From an uncultured delta proteobacterium (GTDB lineage Bacteria > Myxococcota > Myxococcia > Myxococcales > Myxococcaceae): a stretch of DNA of 64,000 nt. Within the stretch, counting starts at the first letter, position 1. Each line of letters begins with the position of its first letter. This document shows, piece after piece, positions 10,172-20,721 of the stretch. Under the pieces are notes generated by a model that searched no databases, was not told the DNA's origin, and saw only the letters and a list, made by a program, of their open reading frames with translations. The stretch is taken from NCBI GenBank assembly GCA_963771175.1, contig CAVYSY010000032.1, positions 480,001 through 544,000 on the forward strand, in the 5' to 3' direction. The translations under genes were made by a program, and so were the position numbers.

Positions 10172-11717
10172 ATGAGCGCGGCGCACCCTCCCCGACGGCT
10201 GGGAGTGGCCATCTTCCTCGGCGCCCTCGTGCTGAACCTTCTCGTCAGCTACGGGGGAATCCGCTCGGCGGACAGCGAGGTCGTCTTCTCGCTGTGCGAG
10301 TCGCTCGTCACCCGGGGCAGTCTCGCCGCGGAGGGGACTCCGTTGTGGGAGGGCTTTGGACTGGCTCCCGGGAGGGATGGCCGGCGTTATCCCGTCTTCG
10401 GGCCGGGTGAGTCCTTCGCCTGCGTGCCGATGCTGGCGCTGGTGCGCGGACTGAATCGCACCGACTGGTACGAGTCGGGTCTCCTGCCGCCCCTCCATCC
10501 CAGCCATTACGTCCCCGAGGGGCTCAACCGCTTCCTCCTCGGGGAGCCGCTCCAGGACCTGGCGCCCCACGCGGACCGGCTCGCGCTGCCCCTCCTGAAC
10601 GTCCTGGTGGGGGCGCTCGGGGCGCTGGTGTTCTGGCACATCGCCTCGCGGCTCTCCCGCCACCCGGCGGCCGCGCTCGGAGTGACAGTGCTCTACGCCC
10701 TGGGCACCCTGGCGTGGCCCTACGCGGGTTCGGCCTTCAGCGAGCCCCTGGCGACCCTGCTCTCCCTGGCGGCGTTCGGGTTGCTCCTGCGAGCGGAACA
10801 GGCCTCACCCTCCTCGCGACTCTGGGCGGGCCTGGCGCTGGGTGGCGCCATCGCGACCCACATCACCACCCTGCTGTTCGTTCCCTTCTTCGCGGCGCTC
10901 GCCTTCCGGGGCGCGGAGGACCGCTGGCGCAAGGGCGCCTTCTTCCTGACGGGGCTGGGCGTCGTGCTGCTCGCGCTCGGCTATTACAACCACCTCCGGT
11001 TCGGCTCCCCGTGGGAGACGGGGCGCCATGTGAGCCCCGAGCTGGCGTTGCGCTACAGCTACGGCGAGGCCGTGGCGCCCTGGGAGGGCCTCTTCGGCCT
11101 CACCCTGAGCAGTGGCAAGGGGCTCTTCTTCTACTCACCCGCGGTGCTGCTCGGGCTGCATCGCTTGGCCGACGTTCCATCGCGAGCACCGCTTCCTCTC
11201 GTGGATGCTCGCGGGCGCCGCGCTGCTGCGCCTCGTCTTCATCGCCACGCGCAGCGACTGGCACGGCGGCTTCAGCCTGGGCCCGCGGCAGCTCGTCGTG
11301 CTCCTTCCATTCCTGCTCGTCCCGGTGGTGCCCTGGCTGGATCGGAAGCTCGAGGAGGGCAACCGCCGCGCGCTCCGCCTGTTCGCCGGCTTCTCGGTGC
11401 TGTGCATCGCGCAGCAGGTCGCCTTCTGCGTGGGCGAGGTGTTCTCGTACTTCCACATGATCCGCCGGGCCTACTCGGCGCAGGGCATCAACATCTTCGC
11501 GGACAATCGCATCTACCTGGACTGGGAGCTGTCCCCCCTGCTGTACCTGCTCGACGGCAAGCGCGGGCCGTGGCTGCTGTCAACGCTGCCGGTGGACAAC
11601 TACGCCCTCTGGGGCCTGCTGACCGCCCTCCTCACGGTGCTCTACTTCATCGGCCTGCGCCGGGTGGTGCGGACGCCCAAGGGGGCCCTGGTGCCTCCCG
11701 GCGAGCGAGCTTCCTAG
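10172..11717 (+). CDS. Polytopic membrane protein, GT-C/ArnT-PMT-like glycosyltransferase; indel near 11160
   Basis: Many transmembrane segments; SADSE loop motif, AWPYAGSAFSEPLA, SSGKGLFFYSP, WHGGFSLGPRQL. Confidence 0.7.
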
Positions 11718-11777
11718 AGGTCTCCTTCCGTGAAGCGGCCCCACCGGCAGCGCCGGTGACGAGGTGCGCGAGGAGCG

Positions 11778-14366
11778 CTACGTGCTGGCCGAGGCGTTGG
11801 CGAGCGGCAGGACGGGCACCGTGAAGAAGAACGTGGTGCCCTGGCCGGGCTCGCTCTCGACCCAGATCCGGCCCCCGTGGGCCTCGACGATGCCCTTGGC
11901 GATGGCCAGCCCGAGCCCCCGCCCCCGCCGGTCCGCGGAGTCCGCCTGCCAGAACCGATCGAAGATGTGCTGCCGTTGCACCTCGGGGATCCCCGCGCCG
12001 GTGTTCATGACGGAGAAGACCACCTCGTCACCCTGTACGGTGGCGCATAGGGACAGACGTCCGCCAACGGGGGTGAACTTCAACGCGTTTCCCAGGAGGT
12101 TGGCGAACACCTGGAGGATGCGGTCGCGATCCGCGAAGATCAGCGGCAGGCCGGGGCTCACCCTCTCCTCCAGCAGGAGCTGCCTGTCTTCCGCCTGCAA
12201 CTGCACCGACTCGACGGCCTCGTGGACGATCGACGCGGGCTCGACCGCACTGCGCTGAAAAGAGAGCCGCCCCTCTTCGATGCTCACGATGTCGAGCAGA
12301 TCCTCGATGAGCTTCCGCATGGTGCGGCTGGAGCGCAGGATGCGCTCAACGGAGGCGTGGAGCCACTCGCAGCCGCCCTCCTCCCCCACGCGCTGGGAGA
12401 TCTTCCGCACGGCGAGCTCGATTGCCTGTAGCGGGCTCCTCAAGTCATGGGAGACCACGCCGAGCATCTCATCCCGCGCCCGCACGGCGCGACGCAGCGC
12501 CTCCTCGACCTCCTTCAGAGCCGTGATGTCCTCGTTGACGACGACCGCCCCGGCGAACTTCCCGCGCTCGTCGTACAGCGGCATCGCCGAGTTGATGATC
12601 GTCTTGTACGTGCCGTCGAAGCACTGGATGCGGATCAGCTCTCCGAGAGAGGTCTCCCCTTTCTTCAGTGCGCGCGCCAGCGACCACTCCTCCGGGGAGA
12701 TCGGCTTGCCAGTGTCCACCCACCACCCCTTGTACACGCCAAGCTCGGGCCCGCCGACATAGTGGGCGCCGCCCCAGACGCGCAGCCCGGCGGGGTTCGT
12801 GCGGATGAGGCGCCCGGTATGGTCCGCGATCCACACCCCCACGGGGAGGAGCTCGAAGATGCCGTTCAAGAGGCGTTCATTCGCACGGATCGCCTCCTCG
12901 ACCTGCATCCGTTCGCTCACATCCTGGAACACGCCGACGCCGCCAATGATCTTCCCTTCGGCATCGCGGATGGGCGCGGCGCTCCCGAGGATCGGGATTC
13001 GCGAGCCAGGCGAGCGCTCGATGATGTACTCGACACCGACGACCGTCTCACCACTCCGAAGGACCCGGTTCGAGGCAAACTGCTCCAACGGAACGGGCGT
13101 CCCGTCGCGAAAGAAGACGCGGTCCCGGTACTGCTCAGTGCCTCCCGTGGGCGAGAACGTCGGGCCGAGGAGCTCTTCAGCCCGCTGATTGCAGGAGATC
13201 CCGCCATCGGGACTGAAGAGGAGCACTCCCACCGGAACGGTGTCGAGCACCGCCCTGAGCCAGCGCCGCTCCTCTTCGATCTCACCCATGAGGCGCTCGC
13301 GTTCTTCTTGAGCGCGCGTGCGCGCTGACACATCCCGGACAAACGCGAGCCAACGCTTGTCGGGCAGCATCCGCGCACTCACCTCGATGATCGCCGGAGT
13401 ACCGTCCCCGCGTCGAATCTTCCAGTCACTGACGTCCGAGGTCCCGGCGAGGAGCTTCTCCCGGACCGCGGACAAGCGCGCCAGCTCCTCTGGCACGACG
13501 AGGTCCGCGACGGTCATCGAAAGCATCTCCTCTTGCGTCCGACCGAGCATCTCGCGAAGCCTCGGGTTGACCGCGGTGTAGCGTCCCTCCGAGTTCGCGA
13601 TCGCAATGCCGTCGGACGCCTCCTCGAAGATGGCCCGGAGGCCTTCCTCACTCTGGCGAATCGACGCCTCCAGGCGCTTCTGGTGGGTAGTGTCGCGCAG
13701 TGCGATGACGAGCATCGTCTCCCCGTCGATCGGCGTCTCGGCCATCATCGCTTCTGCGGGAAATTCCTCGCCGGTCTTCCGCTGGAGGACGATCTCCCGG
13801 TGCATGGCCGTCCTCTCCTCCATCCCGTGTGTGGCCGCGAAGGAGGGCATCTGAGCGCGATGAGCGGCGCGAAGGCGCTCGGGGAGGAGCACCTCGAACG
13901 AGCCTCCGATGACCTCCCCGGCACTCCAGCCGAAGACACGCTCGGCGGCCAGGTTGAAGGCCCTGATGTGCTGTCCGGCATCAACCGTGATGAGGGCGGA
14001 AGGCGCATTCATGAAGAGCGTCTCCATGCTGGCCGCATGGGCGCGCAACCGTTCCTCCTCCTGCTTCCGGTCGGTGATGTCGAGTCCGACGGCGAGCGTC
14101 TCCTCGACCTGGCCCGCCGGGCTCACGCGCGGCGTCGTGGCCCAGGCGACCCATCGCACGGTCCCCTCGCGCGTCGGGAGCGGCCCCTCGAACCGACGAG
14201 GAGCGGACGATGGGATTCCCTCGAACCCTGGAAGGCTCCCTCGCCCACGGACCTCGGCGAGCGTCCAGCCCGTGGCCTCCTCGCAAGCACGGCTCCAGGA
14301 GAGGAGCCGTCCGGAGGGATCGAGGCTTAGAACGAGGACGCCATGGACCGCTTGAGGATCGAGCAT
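11778..14366 (-). CDS. Multi-PAS sensor histidine kinase
   Basis: Several PAS/PAC domains; H-box VSHDLRSPL, N-box NLLGNALKFT, G boxes NTGAGI and GRGLGLAIAKGIVEAHGG. Confidence 0.93.
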   Translation of the reverse strand: MLDPQAVHGVLVLSLDPSGRLLSWSRACEEATGWTLAEVRGRGSLPGFEGIPSSAPRRFEGPLPTREGTVRWVAWATTPRVSPAGQVEETLAVGLDITDRKQEEERLRAHAASMETLFMNAPSALITVDAGQHIRAFNLAAERVFGWSAGEVIGGSFEVLLPERLRAAHRAQMPSFAATHGMEERTAMHREIVLQRKTGEEFPAEAMMAETPIDGETMLVIALRDTTHQKRLEASIRQSEEGLRAIFEEASDGIAIANSEGRYTAVNPRLREMLGRTQEEMLSMTVADLVVPEELARLSAVREKLLAGTSDVSDWKIRRGDGTPAIIEVSARMLPDKRWLAFVRDVSARTRAQEERERLMGEIEEERRWLRAVLDTVPVGVLLFSPDGGISCNQRAEELLGPTFSPTGGTEQYRDRVFFRDGTPVPLEQFASNRVLRSGETVVGVEYIIERSPGSRIPILGSAAPIRDAEGKIIGGVGVFQDVSERMQVEEAIRANERLLNGIFELLPVGVWIADHTGRLIRTNPAGLRVWGGAHYVGGPELGVYKGWWVDTGKPISPEEWSLARALKKGETSLGELIRIQCFDGTYKTIINSAMPLYDERGKFAGAVVVNEDITALKEVEEALRRAVRARDEMLGVVSHDLRSPLQAIELAVRKISQRVGEEGGCEWLHASVERILRSSRTMRKLIEDLLDIVSIEEGRLSFQRSAVEPASIVHEAVESVQLQAEDRQLLLEERVSPGLPLIFADRDRILQVFANLLGNALKFTPVGGRLSLCATVQGDEVVFSVMNTGAGIPEVQRQHIFDRFWQADSADRRGRGLGLAIAKGIVEAHGGRIWVESEPGQGTTFFFTVPVLPLANASAST

Positions 14367-14571
14367 GCCCCTCCAACACTGGCACCCAGCGCGGCCAAGT
14401 GCAGGCGGTTCCAGCCCCTCCCGCCGATCCGACAGGGGTTGGATGCGCTCGCGCACGGGACACAGCTCCTGGTGCTCGGCCCGTGGATTGTGCACCAGAT
14501 TCGGCTGGAGAGGAAGCATCCCAGCCGGTTTCCCCACGGGCAGGAGGGCTAGCGGGCGGGTACGCCGCGGC

Positions 14572-15825
14572 TCAGAGCGCCTCGCAGTAGCCGTAGTTGC
14601 AGGCGGGCGTGGACGACGGACAGTCCGCCGGCCCATTGCACGGCTTGCACGAGGAGGCCCCGTTGGCCACCAGGTCGAAGTAGCAGCCGCAGCGCGAATC
14701 GGTGGAGTACGAGCTCAGCGACCCCATCTCCGACGTGCGCTTCACCTTCATGGCGCACTTGGGCACCAGGTGCTTCTGGATGATGACGTCCAGCAGCTCC
14801 TTCTCCAGGCGGGCCGCGGCGAAGCGGCTCACGAGCACGGCGGCGGCCGGGCTGGGCAGGCCATTCTCGGTGCGCGTGTAGAAGTGCACCGGGCCCCAGA
14901 TGGGGTAGTGCCCATCCCGCACGTTCTGCTTGTCCTTGGCGAAGGGCGTGGAGTCCGGCAGGAATCCGCAGGACTGGCCGGAGGCCTGGAACGCCAGGAT
15001 GCGCAGGTTGCTGCGCTCCTCGTCCGCGATGTCCGTGGAGATGATGCCAATGGCCTTCTCGGCCGTGCTCGCGTCCAGGAGGACCTTCATGTTGCGGCGC
15101 ACGCCGTCACTGCCGCCCCGGTCCACCCCCCACCACTTGTCGGCGGGCACGCCGATGGCCCGGGCCAGCATCTGCTGCGTGCCGGAGCTGGCGTTGCGGA
15201 CGAAGTACAGGTTCGGGTCCGTCCATGGGGCGGCCGCCCCCTTGTTGCCCCCGGTGCCGAACACCATGTACGCCGCCTCGGCGCTGATGCTGCGCTGAGA
15301 GGAGGCCGCCGGCACCACGAAGGTCATCGGCTGGATGGGGCCCTCGTAGTCGGCGATCTGCACGTTCGCGGGTGCCGTCATGTCGCACGTGGAGGCGTAA
15401 ACGTCCGAGACGCCCACATCCACCACGTTGCCCTCCGGTGCCAGGAAGCACTCCTGCGCCGAGCCGTCCGCGTTGAAGAGGATGGCGTAGTTGGCCGCCT
15501 TGGAGCCGCTGGCGGGAATGTCCTTGATGATCTGCTGGCTCGGGTCCGTGCTGTAGATGGCCTTCACGCCCGTGCACGAGCCCTGCGACTGGTAGACGAT
15601 TCTCCAGGCGGGCGACTCCTTGGCGAGCAATGACGCCACCACCCCGAGGAACGGACGGATGGCGGAGGAGCCCGCCACGTAGATGGTGTTGGGGCCGGCG
15701 CAGTTGACGGTGGGCGTGTTGGTCTGCGCATGCGCCACGGTGCTCACGAGGGCCAGGGCGAGCAGGCCGGTCCAGAGCCCCGGCGCGAGCCGGCGAAGGT
15801 CGTATCTCATGCTGCGGATCTCCAT
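14572..15825 (-). CDS. Secreted PstS-like (type 2 periplasmic binding fold) protein with Cys-rich C-terminus
   Basis: Signal peptide (AHA|Q); IYVAGSSA, YQSQGSCTG, VRNASSGT and DGHYPIWG resemble PstS phosphate-binding motifs. Confidence 0.7.
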   Translation of the reverse strand: MEIRSMRYDLRRLAPGLWTGLLALALVSTVAHAQTNTPTVNCAGPNTIYVAGSSAIRPFLGVVASLLAKESPAWRIVYQSQGSCTGVKAIYSTDPSQQIIKDIPASGSKAANYAILFNADGSAQECFLAPEGNVVDVGVSDVYASTCDMTAPANVQIADYEGPIQPMTFVVPAASSQRSISAEAAYMVFGTGGNKGAAAPWTDPNLYFVRNASSGTQQMLARAIGVPADKWWGVDRGGSDGVRRNMKVLLDASTAEKAIGIISTDIADEERSNLRILAFQASGQSCGFLPDSTPFAKDKQNVRDGHYPIWGPVHFYTRTENGLPSPAAAVLVSRFAAARLEKELLDVIIQKHLVPKCAMKVKRTSEMGSLSSYSTDSRCGCYFDLVANGASSCKPCNGPADCPSSTPACNYGYCEAL

Positions 15826-15827
15826 GG

Positions 15828-16181
15828 TCAGGGCTTGGGAACGAGCGGAGGCAGGCTGGCGCCGTTACAGAGCCCCAGCCGCGCGCAGTTGTCGAACGGG
15901 ATGCACTGCGCCAGGGTGCACTGGTTGCGGTACTGCTCCTCGGAGGAGGGCTCTCCTCGGAAGCAGCCCGGCGGGCCCAGCCCGGAAGGCACGCAGAGGC
16001 CTTCCTTGCAGACGGGATAGGAGCCGAACCGGACGCAGTCGTCGTCCGTGGCGCACTGGTCGGCGTTGCCGTCGATGACGAGCGAGCAACCCGTGCCCGC
16101 CAGCAGCAATACCGCCAGCAAGGCCCACCCCGGCCAACGGCCATGGGAAGAGCACCTGTCAGATTGAGGGTACATGCACAT
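15828..16181 (-). CDS. Small Cys-rich lipoprotein
   Basis: Lipobox-like GTGC; CATDDDC..C..C..C pattern; 2 bp from the next gene. Confidence 0.75.
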   Translation of the reverse strand: MCMYPQSDRCSSHGRWPGWALLAVLLLAGTGCSLVIDGNADQCATDDDCVRFGSYPVCKEGLCVPSGLGPPGCFRGEPSSEEQYRNQCTLAQCIPFDNCARLGLCNGASLPPLVPKP

Positions 16182-16229
16182 GCCTCGTGAAATGGAGGGA
16201 AGCCAGCGGCCCGGAAGCGGGCCGCGGCG

Positions 16230-17224
16230 CTAGAAGGACCCCGAGACCCCCACGCTGCCCGGCCCCACCCCCACCTGCACTCCGGCGGAAGGAGTGGGCT
16301 CCGGCTCACGCAGGAGCGTCATCCAGGTGGACACCCCGACGGCCACCAGCGTGGCGCCCGCGAGCACGTCCGTGGTGAGCGCCAGGGTGCGCGTCCGGCC
16401 GCTGGCCTGGTCGAGCTCGGCCCGGCTCACCCCGAAGGTGTCGCGCCGGGTCTTCAGGTCACTCGAGGCATTCAGCGCCAGCACGGAGGAGACACCCGTG
16501 GCCACCGCCAGCCCCCCGGTGATGCCCCACGGCACCCAGGGAGAGACAGGCTGGGACTTGACGACCTCGGGCCGCGGAGCCTCGGGCGCGGGGCCTCGGG
16601 CCGCGAAGCCGGCGCGGGCGCGGCGGAAGCAACCGGCGCGGGCGCCGAGGGAGCGGCGAACTCCAGGGACACGTCGAGGGTGTCCCGGCCCGCCACGTCC
16701 ACCACGCGCGTCACCGGCGGGGTGCCCTGGAGCGAGGCGGAGATCTTCCGCCGCCCCGCGTTGAGCAGCAGCGGCTCGCGCAGCGGCGAGGTGCCCACCG
16801 GCACGTCATCCACGGAGATCTCCGCCCCCGGCTTGTTGACGGTGACGCGCACCGTGGCCACACGCACCTGGAGCCGGTCGATCTCCCGCTGGACCTCCTC
16901 GCGGCGCTGGGCCGGCAGCTCCCCTCCCCCTTCGTCGAGGTAGCGCTGGAAGCTGTCGAGCGCGCTGGCGTAGTCCTGGAGCTGATACTGCACCTGGGCG
17001 ATGTTGTAGAGGAGCCGGTAGCTCGGCGCGAGCTCGTAGGCGCGCTTGAACTCCACCAGCGCGGCCGGGAAGTCGTTCTCCTCGTAGAGCTCCCGCCCGC
17101 GCTGGTAGCGGTTCTGGGCTTCCTCGAGAGTGGCCTTCTTGGTGCGCCCCGCGGCACCGGCACTCCCGCCCGACAGCGCCAGCACGAGGGCGAGCGCGAT
17201 GGACCTGGACAGACGCATCATCAT
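16230..17224 (-). CDS. TPR + PEGA domain membrane protein; indel(s) near 16580-16640
   Basis: Signal peptide; TPR ([28 protein letters not shown]), PEGA ([18 protein letters not shown]), hydrophobic C-terminal helices ending GVSGSF; ATGA overlap with the kinase stop. Confidence 0.85.
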
Positions 17225-19112
17225 TCCTTCCATGGGTTGGTCGAATCCAGCTTGCGGTTGCTGCCGTTCCACGGGTCCTCACCATCGAGGCCACGCTTGG
17301 TGTCACCGCTCCAGGGGTTGTCCGCGTCGAGGCCGCGCTTCGCCTTGCTGGCGCCAGCGGCCGGCTTCGACGGCAGCTCGGCGAATCCGTCGTCGGCCGG
17401 CGCCACGGCCGGCTGCGGCGGGGCGGGAGCCCGGACCTTGGAGACACGCTCGCGGCGCACCACCAGGCTGCGCCGCTGCAGGTTGAGCTTCCAGCATCAG
17501 GTCCTTCTCGAAGCGGATCTGCTTCACCAGCGGCGCGAAGCCGGCGGCGGTGGCGCGCAACTCGTGCGAGGCGCCGTCCTTGGGGAAGCTGCCCGTGAAG
17601 GGATTGGACGGCAGCACCTCCCCGTCCAGCTGCACCACGGCGCCGCGCGGCACCACCTGGATGTGAAGCTCGACCACCTCCGAAGACGGCTCCTCCGCGT
17701 GCGCGGGGCGGCTCGACCGTCTCGGGACCGGGCGAGGCCACGGCCTGGGGCAGCGCGGCCGGGACCTCGGACGGTGGAGTGGGCAACGGAGTGGGGGGAG
17801 CGGGCGCGGGGGCCGGTGCGCTGGCCACCGGTGCGCTGGCCACCACGGCGGGTTGCACCTGGGGCTGGGGCTCGCGAGACCGGGAGCTGAACACCAGGGC
17901 CACGCCCCCGACCACCAGCAGCAGGGCCGCGCCCACGATGGGCAACACCCAGCGACGCCGGGGGGCGGCCCGCACCTCGGAGACGACATGCGCCTCGGTG
18001 AGGGACTCCGATTCGATCACCTGGGAGCGCGGCGCGGACAGGGTGGCCTCGGGAGGAGGAGGCGGCGGCCTCACCGGCGTCGCGGGCACGACGACACCGG
18101 GAAGGCTCCGGCGCGGCTTGCTGCCACTGCCGGGAGCCGGCGTGCCGAGCGGCCCCGAGCCACCGGACGGCAGCGAGAGCTGCGAGATGAGCTCCGCGAG
18201 CTGGAAGGCGCTCACCGGCTGGCCTTGCCCGAGCAGGAACTGCTCCAGGTCCGCCTGCATCTCCCGGCAGCTCTGGTAACGCTCCTCGCGGTCCTTGGCC
18301 AGCGCCCGCTCGATGATGCGCTGCAGGTCCTCGGGCACGTCGGCACGCCTGACGGATACGGGCGTGAAGGGCGAGTGGAGGATCGCGTTCATCAACGCGA
18401 TCTCGCTGCTGGCCTCGAAGGGCTTACGCCCCGCCACCAGTTCGTACAGCACGACCCCGAGCGCGTAGATGTCACTGCGCAGGTCGAGCGACTCGTTCCT
18501 GAGCTGCTCGGGCGCCATGTAGGGCACCTTCCCCTTGAGCGTGCCAACCTGGGTCTGGTGCACCTGATTGCTCGCCTTGGCGATGCCGAAGTCCACGACC
18601 TTCACGGACCCCGTTCGCGCCAGGAGGATGTTGTCGGGGCTGACGTCCCGGTGCACCAGGCCCAGCGGCTCACCGGTGTCGGGGTCGGCGAACTCGTGCG
18701 CGTAGGCGAGCCCCTCGCAGATGGCGGAGACGAGCTTCGCGCAGTGGGGCAGTGGCAGCGGCCGGCCCACCGCATGGGCCCTGCGCATCAGCGCGCGGAG
18801 GTTGGGGCCATCGATGTACTCCATGGCCAGGAAGTACACGCCGTCCGCCTCGCCGAAATCGAAGATCTGGACGATGTTGGGATGGTTGAGCTGGGCGGCG
18901 AGTCTGGCCTCGGACAGGAACATCTCGACGAACTGGGGCTCGTCGACCAGATGCGGGAGGATCTGCTTCACCACCAGGGTCTTCTCGAACCCCATGGGCC
19001 CCGCCACACGCGCCCGGTAGACCTTGGCCATACCGCCATGCCCAAGCTCTCCAAGCAGCTCGTACCGGCCCATCCGCGGGCTGTTCGGAACACTGTCTCG
19101 GGCGTCCAGCAC
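17221..19112 (-). CDS. Membrane Ser/Thr protein kinase with extracytoplasmic PEGA-like domain; indels near 17480 and 17710
   Basis: [29 protein letters not shown]; transmembrane segment [17 protein letters not shown]-terminal LDADNPW/LDGEDPW/LDSTNPW repeats. Confidence 0.93.
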
Positions 19113-19218
19113 CTGTTACCTCGGCGTCAAAATTAGCGTGCGGATAGCCTCTTTCTGGCACGCTGTCGAGATACCCAAGATACAAGACTTTGACTCCACG
19201 CGAGCAGTGGTGAAGTCA

Positions 19219-19285
19219 TGTCACGATCTTGTCACATATTCGGTGATAGGGATTTGTTCGCGATGAAGTGTCACGGTTTTGTCAC
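19219..19285. promoter_or_regulatory. Two pairs of 11-bp-period direct repeats (TGTCAC-N5-TGTCAC); Pho-box/OmpR-family-like sites
   Basis: TGTCAC at 19219 and 19230, and again at 19269 and 19280, in an AT-richer intergenic region. Confidence 0.6.
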
Positions 19286-19289
19286 GCCA

Positions 19290-19373
19290 AAGTTCGAGCT
19301 CATCGAGGCGGAGAAGACCCATTTCCCCGTGGACATCATGTGCCAGCAATTGGGCGTGTCGCGCTCGGGCTAA
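19290..19373 (+). mobile_element. IS3-family transposase (OrfB N-terminus) remnant
   Basis: Translates KFELIEAEKTHFPVDIMCQQLGVSRSG*, matching the typical IS3 OrfB start (..CxxLGVSRSGYY), with a stop where Y is expected. Confidence 0.7.
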
Positions 19374-19806
19374 TTTCGCCGACTCCTGGCAGGCGCTCAG
19401 TATCACCTCTATCGGAGCGACAGAGGTGCGGCCCTGGCCACGCTAGATGCACAGCTTGCGCGGCAACCCCAGAGCGTTGGGGCCCTCGCCTTCAAGGCGG
19501 AAATGATGGAAGACGCCGGCGAGTTGCTCCAGGCCTAGAAGCTTTACAATGCAGCGCTCGAGGCTCATTTCACGAAACGGCCCAACGCCCAGCATCCTCC
19601 CTTGGGGCTGATGGAGCGACGGGCCGCGCTCAGCAAGAAACTGTTCCCGGAAACGTTCAAGTAATCCTGAGCACGGTGTCGCTTCGTGTCGGCGGGCCGC
19701 GGGAGCCCTCGTGCCGGATGAACCGCCCGAGCGCGGAAAAGGGTTGCCTCGGCGGCCCGTCGCGTCAATCCTCCGCGTTCCCGCGGACGAGGGAGGGCAA
19801 GACCGC

Positions 19807-20238
19807 ATGCGTGGGACGTTCGGACTCCTGATTCTGGTGACGCTGGCTGGCTGCACCTCGGTGGACGTGGCCCGGGTGCCGTCGCTCCGCGACACGCGTG
19901 ACGTCTTCGTCACAACGGGGGACGTGAAGGGTCCCTACCAGAGCCTCGGTGTGGTGCAGGCCACGCGGCGCGGCGTGCTTCTCTTCGGCTTCGCGGACCC
20001 CGCGGGCACGGACCTGGAGGACGGGCTGCACGAGACGCTCATCCCCGAGGTGCGGCGCCTGGGCGGCGACGGCATCATGAACCTGCGCTTCCAGCAGACA
20101 CAGTACACCGTCCCCACCCGCCTCCTCTTCACCCTGCTCTTCTTCATCCCGCTGCCGAGCGAGGTCACCCTCAGCGGCGAGGTGGTGAAGCTCGGCCCGG
20201 GTGCCGCGCCGCCGTCGGCCGGTACCCCGTCGCGTTGA
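19807..20238 (+). CDS. YbjQ/DUF74-like lipoprotein 1
   Basis: Lipobox LAGC; GDVKGPYQSLGVV...EVRRLGGDGIMNLRF...LSGEVVK. Confidence 0.75.
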   Translation: MRGTFGLLILVTLAGCTSVDVARVPSLRDTRDVFVTTGDVKGPYQSLGVVQATRRGVLLFGFADPAGTDLEDGLHETLIPEVRRLGGDGIMNLRFQQTQYTVPTRLLFTLLFFIPLPSEVTLSGEVVKLGPGAAPPSAGTPSR

Positions 20239-20263
20239 ACCCGTTCCGCTCCTGGAGAACCCG

Positions 20264-20710
20264 GTGAGACTCCCGATCCTGCTCCCGTTGCTGCTGTGCG
20301 TCGGCTGCAGTGCCGTGTCGCGCGGCTCGAAGCTGTCGGACCGTCCGCCCGATGGCGAGCGCGGCCTGTACCTGAGCACCGGCGGCGCGCCGAGGCCCTA
20401 CCGCACCCTCGGGTTTACCCAGGTGCTGGGCTACGGCGTGACCGTGGCGGGCGTCTCGGACCTGGGCAACGCCGCCCTCGACAACACCATCAAGAAGACC
20501 CTGGTGGACACGGCCCTGAGGATGGGCGGCGATGGCGTCATCAACATCGAGTTCGAGGACGAGAACCCGCCCACCGACGTGGAGCGCGCGGCGGACCTCT
20601 CCGAGTCCATCACCAACGTGGCGAGCGGTCGCGGTGGCGGCGTGAAGACCCGCAACCGCAATGTGATCGTCACCGGCGAAGTCATCCAGTTCATCTCCTC
20701 CCAACCGTGA
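20264..20710 (+). CDS. YbjQ/DUF74-like lipoprotein 2
   Basis: Lipobox-like CVGC; PRPYRTLG...ALRMGGDGVINIEF...VTGEVIQF. Confidence 0.75.
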   Translation: MRLPILLPLLLCVGCSAVSRGSKLSDRPPDGERGLYLSTGGAPRPYRTLGFTQVLGYGVTVAGVSDLGNAALDNTIKKTLVDTALRMGGDGVINIEFEDENPPTDVERAADLSESITNVASGRGGGVKTRNRNVIVTGEVIQFISSQP

Positions 20711-20721
20711 GAGCTCCTCCC

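Noticed and set aside
9455..11824. 789-aa ORF
   Set aside because: Only 10172 to ~11160 is protein-like; the rest is out-of-frame read-through
19156..19172. TGGCAC as a sigma54 -24 box
   Set aside because: No GC/TTGC at the required -12 spacing
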